DNA from: an uncultured Clostridium sp.
GTDB lineage: Bacteria > Bacillota > Clostridia > TANB77 > CAG-508
Length of the DNA: 64,000 nucleotides
Assembly (NCBI GenBank): GCA_900556975.1
Contig: USQZ01000003.1
Coordinates: 5,310-69,309 of the forward strand
Direction: 5' to 3'
Shown piece after piece: positions 47,761-55,087 of the stretch. The position numbers and the translations under genes were made by a program. A model generated the notes under the pieces. It had not been told where the DNA came from and ran no database searches. It saw only the letters and a program-made list of their open reading frames with translations. Each line of letters starts with the position of its first letter. Within the stretch, counting starts at the first letter, position 1.

Positions 47761-49521
47761 TTACATAGCTTTTTCTTCAATTTCTTTTGAAATCATAGAA
47801 ACAAAATCTTCTATTGACATTTGACCAATGTCTCCTTCTTTTCTCTTTCTTACTCCAACTGCGTTTGCTTCTACTTCTTTTTCTCCTAAAATTAGCATGT
47901 ATGGAACTTTTTGTAATTGAGCTTCTCTAATTTTATATCCGATTTTTTCTTGTCTTGCATCTAATTCAACTCTTATTCCTTTTTCCTCAAGAATTGCTTT
48001 TATTTTTTCTGCATATTCTTTTTGGTTATCAGATATTGGTAAGATTGAAACTTGAACTGGTGATAACCATACTGGAAATGCTCCAGCAAAGTGTTCTGTT
48101 ATAATTCCTATAAATCTTTCGAAAGATCCGAATATTGCTCTATGAACTAATATTGGCGTTTTCTTTTCTCCGTTTGAGTCTATATATGAAAGGTTAAATC
48201 TAAGTGGTAATTGGAAGTCAACTTGAATTGTTCCCATTTGCCATTCTCTTCCTAAGCAATCTTTCATTTTTATATCAATTTTTGGACCATAGAAAGCTCC
48301 GTCACCTTCGTTTATTCTGTAGTTATCTTTTCCGCAAAGTTCATCTAATACTGATTTTAAGTTAGCTTCTGCTTTATTCCATAATTCGATGTCTCCCATA
48401 TAGTCGTCTGGTCTTGTTGAAAGTGTTAGTTCGAAATCTAATCCAAATATTCCATATAGGTGTTTTGCTATTTCGATTATATCTTTGATTTCTGCACCAA
48501 TTTGATCTTCTGTTATGAAGTTATGTGCATCATCTTGTCTGAACATTCTTACTCTGAATAAGCCATTTAATTGTCCTGATTTTTCATTTCTGTGAATTAC
48601 ATCAATATCGTTAAAACGCATTGGTAAATCCTTATAGCTTCTTAATTTTGAATCAAATATTTTAATTGCATTTGGACAGTTCATTGGTTTTAATGCTTGT
48701 TCTTTTCCATCAGAATCTGTTAAAACAAACATATCTTCTTTATAGTGATCCCAATGTCCTGATATTTTCCAAAGTTCACTACTATTTAATTGTGGACCAG
48801 AGAATTCCATGTATCCTCTTTTTTCATGTTCTTTTCTCCAGAAGTCTATTAAAACGTTCATCATTTTAAATCCTTTTGGCATCCAATATGCCATTCCTGG
48901 AGCTGTTTCATCAAAGAAGAATAATTCTAATTCTTTTCCTAATTTTCTATGATCTCTTTTTTTAGCTTCTTCTATCATATTTAAATATTCATCAAGTTCA
49001 CTTGCTTTTGGGAATGAAATTCCGTAAATTCTTTGTAGCATTTTGTTGTGTTCGTCACCTCTCCAATATGCTCCTGATGATGATAATAGTTTTATTGCTT
49101 TTACACATCCTGTTGATGGTAAATGTGGGCCTCTACATAGGTCTGTGAATTCTCCTTGTTTGTAGAATGAAATTACTTCACCTTCTGGTAGTTCTTTGAT
49201 TAGCTCTACTTTGTAAGGTTCTTCTCTTTCTTCCATAAGCTTTATAGCTTCTTCTCTTGGAAGTTCAAATCTTTCAATTGGTAAATCTTCTTTGATTATC
49301 TTTTTCATTTCTTCTTCAATTGCAGATAAATCTTCTTCTGTAAAAGGTTTTTCTACATCAAAGTCATAGTAAAATCCTTTTTCAATTGATGGACCAATTG
49401 TTAGTTTTGCATCTGGGAATAATCTCTTGATGGCTTGTGCCATGATATGAGAAGTCGTGTGCCAATACATTGATTCCTCTACTTCTTGAGTTCTTCCTCC
49501 GCCAAGTTTAATTTTAAACAT
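47761..49521 (-). CDS. thrS: threonine--tRNA ligase (N-terminal TGS domain largely absent)
   Basis: HTTSHIMAQA editing-domain motif, class II core (FRVRMFRQDDAH, GAFYGPKID), anticodon-binding C-terminus, and a Thr T-box leader upstream. Confidence 0.95.
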   Translation of the reverse strand: MFKIKLGGGRTQEVEESMYWHTTSHIMAQAIKRLFPDAKLTIGPSIEKGFYYDFDVEKPFTEEDLSAIEEEMKKIIKEDLPIERFELPREEAIKLMEEREEPYKVELIKELPEGEVISFYKQGEFTDLCRGPHLPSTGCVKAIKLLSSSGAYWRGDEHNKMLQRIYGISFPKASELDEYLNMIEEAKKRDHRKLGKELELFFFDETAPGMAYWMPKGFKMMNVLIDFWRKEHEKRGYMEFSGPQLNSSELWKISGHWDHYKEDMFVLTDSDGKEQALKPMNCPNAIKIFDSKLRSYKDLPMRFNDIDVIHRNEKSGQLNGLFRVRMFRQDDAHNFITEDQIGAEIKDIIEIAKHLYGIFGLDFELTLSTRPDDYMGDIELWNKAEANLKSVLDELCGKDNYRINEGDGAFYGPKIDIKMKDCLGREWQMGTIQVDFQLPLRFNLSYIDSNGEKKTPILVHRAIFGSFERFIGIITEHFAGAFPVWLSPVQVSILPISDNQKEYAEKIKAILEEKGIRVELDARQEKIGYKIREAQLQKVPYMLILGEKEVEANAVGVRKRKEGDIGQMSIEDFVSMISKEIEEKAM

Positions 49522-49614
49522 ATAAATTCCTCCTTTACCTATCTTTTGATAGGCTAAACAAAATTTATTTGAAGCCTTACTTATAGAGGTTTTTGCATAT
49601 TAAATGTTTATAAT

Positions 49615-49843
49615 ATAACAAAAACCCCTATAAGCCTTTTAGACTTATAGGGGTAAGTTTATTTTCTTACGGTTCCACCCTAATATTTAACTTGTTTACC
49701 GTTTTAACGCAACTTCTACGCTTTTCTTTCGAAAAGAAACTCCGGGGTAGTTTTTCAAAATCGTTTGTTAAGATTAGCTTTCAGCCGGTGACTAATCATC
49801 TCTTTTAATAACCTTATTTTTACTTTGTCCCATCACTGTTTAC
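49615..49843 (-). promoter_or_regulatory. T-box leader (Thr specifier) of thrS
   Basis: The minus strand shows an AGAGA box (aaaagagatg), GCTGAAAGC, the specifier region gaaaaACUACCccgg (ACU/ACC are both Thr), the T-box sequence attaGGGTGGAACCGtaag, and the terminator ccctataagtct...ggcttatagggg + TTTTTG. Confidence 0.85.
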
Positions 49844-49849
49844 ATTTGT

Positions 49850-49878
49850 ATTTTACTACTTTATTCCAGTTATGTCAA
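49850..49878 (-). promoter_or_regulatory. sigma-A-type promoter for the thrS leader
   Basis: Minus strand reads TTGACA (49878-49873), 17-nt spacer, TAAAAT (49855-49850). Confidence 0.6.
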
Positions 49879-49902
49879 TTGTTTTTTAGAATTCCAGTCA
49901 AA

Positions 49903-50043
49903 AAGTATTATTAATATTTTCTCACACCTTGCTGTCGCAATCTTTTTGAGCCTTCGGCTCTTTTTATTGTAAAGATTGCTTCAATCGCAGTCACTTCGTT
50001 TCTTTGGTCGCTGTGCGGTGATTCAAAAACCATTATAATACTT
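49903..50043. repeat. structured intergenic repeat, family B, copy 2
   Basis: Same conserved arms as 42177-42330. Central hairpin gcaatcttt-[gagccttcggctc]-aaagattgc. Copy-specific flanking inverted repeat aagtattattaat / attataatactt. Confidence 0.8.
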
Positions 50044-50098
50044 TCTTGAGACATCTAACTTATCTTATTTACTCTAAAAATGTGCCATTCGCTAATAT

Positions 50099-50800
50099 TT
50101 ACCTTTGATATAATTGTTCTAGTTCTAATGTTGTTAATTCTCTGATTCTTCCTGGTGTTAAATCTTTAGGTAACTTTAGGTTTCCCATTTGGGTTCTATG
50201 GAGTTTTGTAACTTTGGCACCGTAGCATCCGAACATTCTCTTAATTTGGTGATATCTTCCTTCTGTTAATGTGACTTCTGCTGTGTATTTACCTGTTATT
50301 ATCATTTCTGAGCTTTTGCATTTTCCGTCTATTAGTTCTATTCCTTCTTTAAATCCTTTTTTCATTTCTTCTGTTACAGGAATGTCTATTGTTACTTCGT
50401 ATTTTTTTGATACGTGTTTTTTAGGTGCTAGTATGTTATGGGCAAATTTTCCGTCATCTGTTATTATCATTAAACCTGTTGTGTTTTTGTCTAGTCTTCC
50501 TGCTGGAAATAGTTCTCTTTTTTGATATTCTTGTGGAACTAGTTCTAATACTGTTTTATCTTTATTGTCTTTTGTTGCTGAGATATATCCTTCTGGCTTA
50601 TTTAGTATTAAATATATGTTGTCTTTTATAGTTATTGGATTATCATCTATTTTTATTTCTGATGAATATTTATCAATTTTTATGTCAGATTTCAATACTA
50701 TTTTGCCATCTACCTTTACTCTTTTTTGTTGTATAAGTTTTTTTACATCACTTCTCGAATAGTTCCCTTGTGATGATATTATTTTATCAATTCTTTCCAT
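50099..50800 (-). CDS. RsuA/RluB-family pseudouridine synthase with S4 domain
   Basis: GRLDKNTTGLMI and GRYHQIKRMF motifs, with an N-terminal S4-like segment. Confidence 0.85.
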   Translation of the reverse strand: MERIDKIISSQGNYSRSDVKKLIQQKRVKVDGKIVLKSDIKIDKYSSEIKIDDNPITIKDNIYLILNKPEGYISATKDNKDKTVLELVPQEYQKRELFPAGRLDKNTTGLMIITDDGKFAHNILAPKKHVSKKYEVTIDIPVTEEMKKGFKEGIELIDGKCKSSEMIITGKYTAEVTLTEGRYHQIKRMFGCYGAKVTKLHRTQMGNLKLPKDLTPGRIRELTTLELEQLYQR

Positions 50801-50860
50801 TTTAAACCTCTTATTTTAAAGGAATTATAATATTTTTTTGCTTTTTCTTCAAGTGTAATT

Positions 50861-50901
50861 TATAAAACAGAAAATCGCCCTTAATTACTGGCGATTTTCT
50901 G
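50861..50901 (-). terminator. intrinsic terminator after sigma paralog 1
   Basis: cagaaaatcgcc-cttaattact-ggcgattttctg with a T-run on the minus strand. Near-identical core to the hairpin at 51925-51954. Confidence 0.75.
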
Positions 50902-50918
50902 CGATACATTTACTACAT

Positions 50919-51683
50919 TTAATTTTCGATTACATTTAAGATTTTTGCCACGAATGGCATTGACTCTGGGTCGCCCGGAACTTTGATTTTAAGTTTCTCA
51001 CCATCATAATTGATAGTGAATTTAGGCACAGCCTCTCTGAAGTCAATTTTTCTCATAACTTCATTCATCTGTTCTTCAGTCCCGGTGCAGGTGATTTCTA
51101 CCATGCTGTCTTTTATAGACACATGATACGGTCCTGTTACTTCTTTGTCGAAATTAATTAATTTTTTTAATTTTTTAATTGCTTTTTTCTCTATACGAGA
51201 TGCAAAACTTTGAGAAACTTTGAACTTTTCTGCAAGCTCATCTTGTGTAACTCCGCCTGCTCTGCAAAGCAAAACGTAACGTTCCCGTGAGCTCAAAGTG
51301 TTCATAATATGCTGTAACACCCTCTCAAGATACTCTGTGATTTCTCCTTTCTTTTCGAAATCCTGCCGCTCATCTGCAATTGTGTCAGCGACATGAACTC
51401 TAGTGTCATCTTGCTTTCTTATTGGCGAATCAAGAGAAATATCATCTTGATACTTATTTTTTCTCTTGAGTTCTTGCCACACTTCGTTTTGTATGCATAT
51501 TATGGCATACGTTGCAAACGAAATGTTCCTTGATTGGTCGTATGATGCCGCAGCCTTGATTAATCCCATGCTTCCTGCCTGTACAAGATCATCCATGTCC
51601 TGGTAATTTACTGCATATTTTCTTGCAATAAAAATCACCAAACCATAATTGCTTGTTACTAATGATGTACTCTTCTCATTCAT
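50919..51683 (-). CDS. sigma-70 family factor (sporulation SigE/K/F/G-like regions 2 and 4) with extra C-terminal module, paralog 1
   Basis: Region 2 DLVQAGSMGLIKAAASYD...FATYAIICIQNEV. Region 4 HTH LSSRERYVLL...VSQSFASRIEKKAIKKL. Then a roughly 65-aa extension ...PESMPFVAKILNVIEN. ATG 51683 follows GGAGGAAAG. Confidence 0.8.
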   Translation of the reverse strand: MNEKSTSLVTSNYGLVIFIARKYAVNYQDMDDLVQAGSMGLIKAAASYDQSRNISFATYAIICIQNEVWQELKRKNKYQDDISLDSPIRKQDDTRVHVADTIADERQDFEKKGEITEYLERVLQHIMNTLSSRERYVLLCRAGGVTQDELAEKFKVSQSFASRIEKKAIKKLKKLINFDKEVTGPYHVSIKDSMVEITCTGTEEQMNEVMRKIDFREAVPKFTINYDGEKLKIKVPGDPESMPFVAKILNVIEN

Positions 51684-51741
51684 GTAATCTTTCCTCCGTT
51701 GTCTGTTGTAATATATCATTAATTAATAGTATCTACTAATT

Positions 51742-51770
51742 ATTTTACCATTTTTTCTTTTCTTTTTCAA
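51742..51770 (-). promoter_or_regulatory. sigma-A-type promoter for sigma paralog 1
   Basis: Minus strand reads TTGAAA (51770-51765), 17-nt spacer ending in TGG, then TAAAAT (51747-51742). Confidence 0.5.
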
Positions 51771-51814
51771 CGTTAGAATTAATCCTCAGTATAACATGGG
51801 TGTTATCATTAAAA

Positions 51815-51913
51815 GAACAAAAGCAGACATTAATAGCATTTATACTGATTATAACATTTTAAAATCCGCGTCTTTGTTCGCGCCCAGAAATTTGCAAAGC
51901 AAATTTCTGGCAT
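51815..51913. repeat. intergenic two-hairpin repeat, family A, copy 3
   Basis: gaacaaaagcagac...tccgcgtctttgttc followed by gcccagaaatttgc-aaa-gcaaatttctggc. Confidence 0.75.
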
Positions 51914-51916
51914 TGT

Positions 51917-51954
51917 ATAAAAAAGGAAATCGCCATTAATTACTGGCGATTTCC
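51917..51954 (-). terminator. intrinsic terminator after sigma paralog 2
   Basis: ggaaatcgcc-attaattact-ggcgatttcc, then TTTTTT on the minus strand. Confidence 0.75.
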
Positions 51955-51964
51955 ACTCGACACT

Positions 51965-52744
51965 TTATTTTTCTACTACTCTAAGGATTTTTGCAATAAA
52001 CGGCAACGATTCCTGATCTGCTGGCACTTTGATGACAACATTTTCTTTATAATACTCGACTAAAAAACTTTTAACATACAACTTGACGTCAATTTCACAA
52101 AGGACATTGTGCATGAGTTCTTTGTTTCCATCAAGACTTAAACATATGTCTCCGTTTTTTATTTTTACTTTATACCGTCCATCAGTACAAACATCTGCCA
52201 TCATAGATACTCGATCAAGGTTATCACTAGCTTTGCTTCCAATTCGTGAAACAAAACTTTGGGAAATTCCTAAATCAGCTGCAATTTCTTCCTGATTTAT
52301 TCCCCCAGCTCTGCATAACACGATGTATCGTGCTCTGCATTCAAGTTTGTTCATTATGTAGTTAAGCACTTCTTCGAGCATCTCAATGCATTCTTTCTGT
52401 TCCTCGAAGTTCTGCTTCTGATCAGCAATCATATCGCCAACCACAAGTTTTTTCTCTTCGTTGTTTTGTTTAATTGGAGCTTCAAATGAAAGTGTAGGTG
52501 CATTTCTGCTCTTACCTCCCTGTCTTCGAAACTCCATTAAAATTTCGTTTCGAATACACTGAGCAGCGTACGTTGTAAACTTGATGTTCTTTGTTTCATC
52601 AAATCCATTTGCGGCCTTAATCAGTCCTATAGAACCAATTTGAAACAAATCGTCTCTTTCCTGATTTTCTTTGACAAGGTCGTTTACTACTAGTCCGACT
52701 AAACCTAAGTTTTGTTTGACTAGTTCATCTGTCCGTCTTTCCAT
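51965..52744 (-). CDS. sigma-70 family factor with extra C-terminal module, paralog 2
   Basis: DLFQIGSIGLIKAANGFD...FTTYAAQCIRNEI. HTH ISQSFVSRIGSKA. Extension ...QESLPFIAKILRVVEK. Confidence 0.8.
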   Translation of the reverse strand: MERRTDELVKQNLGLVGLVVNDLVKENQERDDLFQIGSIGLIKAANGFDETKNIKFTTYAAQCIRNEILMEFRRQGGKSRNAPTLSFEAPIKQNNEEKKLVVGDMIADQKQNFEEQKECIEMLEEVLNYIMNKLECRARYIVLCRAGGINQEEIAADLGISQSFVSRIGSKASDNLDRVSMMADVCTDGRYKVKIKNGDICLSLDGNKELMHNVLCEIDVKLYVKSFLVEYYKENVVIKVPADQESLPFIAKILRVVEK

Positions 52745-52797
52745 AATGGTCCCTCCATTGTAAATAAAATATCTTGTTAATAAAGTACCCTGTAGTT

Positions 52798-52826
52798 ATT
52801 CTATCACATGTTTTATGTAAATTCAA
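52798..52826 (-). promoter_or_regulatory. sigma-A-type extended -10 promoter for sigma paralog 2
   Basis: Minus strand reads TTGAAT (52826-52821), 17-nt spacer ending in TGA, then TAGAAT (52803-52798). Shares TGTGATAGAATA with the paralog 3 promoter. Confidence 0.5.
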
Positions 52827-52844
52827 GACTTATGTAAATAAGTG

Positions 52845-52876
52845 AAAAGACTGTCGATATTCATCAACAGTCTTTT
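52845..52876 (-). terminator. hairpin terminator after sigma paralog 3
   Basis: aaaagactgt-cgatattcatca-acagtctttt. Confidence 0.6.
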
Positions 52877-52916
52877 TAGACGTTTTATTCTTTTTCTGCC
52901 TCCTCTTTTTGTTCTT

Positions 52917-53693
52917 TTAGGGTAACTCGTCCAATGCGTTCAAGACCTTCGCTATAAAATGCATCGAATCTAATTCCGCTGGTAAACTTATGCAAGCTTT
53001 TTCATTATCATAAGTAATTTCAAATACAGGAATATAGTCTGGGAAATCTATTTCGTATATCCTACTTTCTATTTTCTCTTGCGTTCCATAGAAACTAATA
53101 AACATCTTATCAGAAACTACTTTAATATTATATTTTCCAGAATTTTTTTCATACGTTGGAGAGTTCATTCTCGCTCTAACTCTTTTGCCGGCTTTCGTTG
53201 TTATCCGTGATACATAGCTTTGTGAAATATTTATTTCCTCGCAAATATCTCTTTGCGTCATGCCTGCTGCACATGATAGAGCAATGTATCTCTCTCTTGG
53301 TGATAAATAGTTAATGATTATGTCCATCACTTCTTCAAAAGCTTCGTTATCCAAAAAAGCTGCTTCGATATTAGCTTTTTCATCTTCAATCAAATCGCCA
53401 AGAACTAAATTTTCTCTTTCTTGCTCTTTGATTGGTGTTTCTATCGAAACGTCTTTACTATATCTTTTTCTTCTTCGAAACTCCATGAAGATTTCGTTAT
53501 TGATACACCGGCACGCATATGTTGCAAATTTGATTTTTTTACTTTCATCAAAACTTTGTGCTGCCTTGATAAGTCCAATAGTACCAATACTAAACATATC
53601 TTTAACTTCTTCAGGAAAAATAGCTATTTTTTTTATGCAATCGCCAACCAGTCCTAAATTGCCTTCAACCATTTGTTTAATCCGATCGTCCAT
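52917..53693 (-). CDS. sigma-70 family factor with extra C-terminal module, paralog 3
   Basis: ATG 53693 follows GGAAAGGAG (MDDRIKQMVEGNLGLV...). DMFSIGTIGLIKAAQSFD...FATYACRCINNEI. HTH ISQSYVSRITTKA. Extension ...LDSMHFIAKVLNALDELP. The track start at 53783 lies inside the predicted promoter. Confidence 0.8.
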   Translation of the reverse strand: MDDRIKQMVEGNLGLVGDCIKKIAIFPEEVKDMFSIGTIGLIKAAQSFDESKKIKFATYACRCINNEIFMEFRRRKRYSKDVSIETPIKEQERENLVLGDLIEDEKANIEAAFLDNEAFEEVMDIIINYLSPRERYIALSCAAGMTQRDICEEINISQSYVSRITTKAGKRVRARMNSPTYEKNSGKYNIKVVSDKMFISFYGTQEKIESRIYEIDFPDYIPVFEITYDNEKACISLPAELDSMHFIAKVLNALDELP

Positions 53694-53754
53694 TGTGGTA
53701 TACTCCTTTCCTTCGAAATAAAACATCCAAGTAATAATTTTACTCGTGGTTTCT

Positions 53755-53783
53755 ATTCTATCACAGTTTGCTTTATTTATCAA
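53755..53783 (-). promoter_or_regulatory. sigma-A-type extended -10 promoter for sigma paralog 3
   Basis: Minus strand reads TTGATA (53783-53778), 17-nt spacer ending in TGA, then TAGAAT (53760-53755). Confidence 0.5.
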
Positions 53784-53859
53784 TCAATTTATGTTAACTT
53801 TTGTATACCACTAATTTTATAAATTATCATATTCTTCATCTGTTACTGGTTCACACCAT

Positions 53860-54099
53860 TCATTTTTCGTATTTTCTCCTGGATTTTTTGAATAGAGTCA
53901 TATAATCTAACAATATTTCTATCGTCATTCCTGCAGATCTCATGCATTTTATAAATTCTACCCATTTGCAAGACTCTTCATCAAAATCTCTAATACCAGA
54001 TTTTGTTCGAGGTACTTCTGGTAGTAAACCAATTCTCTCGTAATATCTAAGAGTATCTTGAGTTATGTCATACTTTTTACTAACCTCAGCAATTGTCAT
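53860..54099 (-). CDS. MerR-family HTH protein, unusually short (79 aa; dimerisation helix and effector region missing)
   Basis: MTIAEVSKKYDITQDTLRYYERIGLLP is a MerR HTH. The ORF ends shortly after an A6 run (ttcaaaaaatcc). Confidence 0.6.
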   Translation of the reverse strand: MTIAEVSKKYDITQDTLRYYERIGLLPEVPRTKSGIRDFDEESCKWVEFIKCMRSAGMTIEILLDYMTLFKKSRRKYEK

Positions 54100-54327
54100 A
54101 TTCTCACTCCCTTCTTATGTCAAAAATGAATATTATATTTTTAACATCCTTATATTATATAACACTTAGAGTTTACTCTAAGTCAATAGTTTTTTATAAT
54201 ATTTTTATTTTTTAACATAAATGTGCAAAACATTGTTTCTGTCAATAGTAAAAAATAAATTTGACATATTTCTTGCTTGTTGATAGACTGATTGTTATAT
54301 TAAGATGTTTCACAAGGAGAAGTGTGT

Positions 54328-55039
54328 ATGAGAAAAAAATAGCTGTTTTTTCCGATATTCATGGAAATCTTCAAGCTATATTAGAAGATATAAAAAAGGA
54401 ACCTATAGATAGTATAATCTGCTTAGGGGATGTTATAGGAATTGGTCCTAATTCTAAGGAAACTCTACAATTAATAGAAGAGAATAAAATTGAAATGATT
54501 CTTGGAAACCATGAAATATATTTTTTAAATAATTTCAAAAAAATGAAATTTTTGAAGCTGGAAAAAATCATACGGAACATCATAAATGGATAGCAAGTTT
54601 GTTAGATAATAATGATAGAGCTTTTTTATCTAATTGTAACTTATCATAAGACTTTGAAAATTCTAATCTCATATTAAGTCACTTTTTTCTAAAAGATTCT
54701 ATTTCAACAGGTGTTTATCCTTTTTTTGAAATTGATATAAGAAAAAAAGAAAATCAAAATGATGTTAGAATACCAAATAAAAGAAAATATAATTTATTTG
54801 GCCACATACATAATAAATTCTACTTTGAAAATGGCGAAAATAAATATTATTGTTTAGGATCTAGTGGCTGTGTCCATGATGATAAAACTTTTTATAATGT
54901 AATTTATGTTGATAATAAAATTGTTGAAATAAAAGAAAAAATAATTAAATTTAATAGGGATGCTTTTGAAAGCAGTGTTCAAAAAATTAATTATCCTGAA
55001 AAGCAAGAAATTTATAATAAATTTTTTAAAATATTATAA
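54328..55039 (+). pseudogene. calcineurin-like metallophosphoesterase (YfcE-like), disrupted
   Basis: Motifs VFSDIHGN, LGDVIG, GNHE and later GHIH lie in different frames. ATG 54328 (7 nt after AAGGAGA) runs into TAG after an A7 run. There is a frame change at the A6 run 54562-54567 and an in-frame TAA at 54647-54649. Confidence 0.7.
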
Positions 55040-55087
55040 TAAAAACAGTAGTAAGATTGAATATAATTCTACTTACTACTGACTTTT

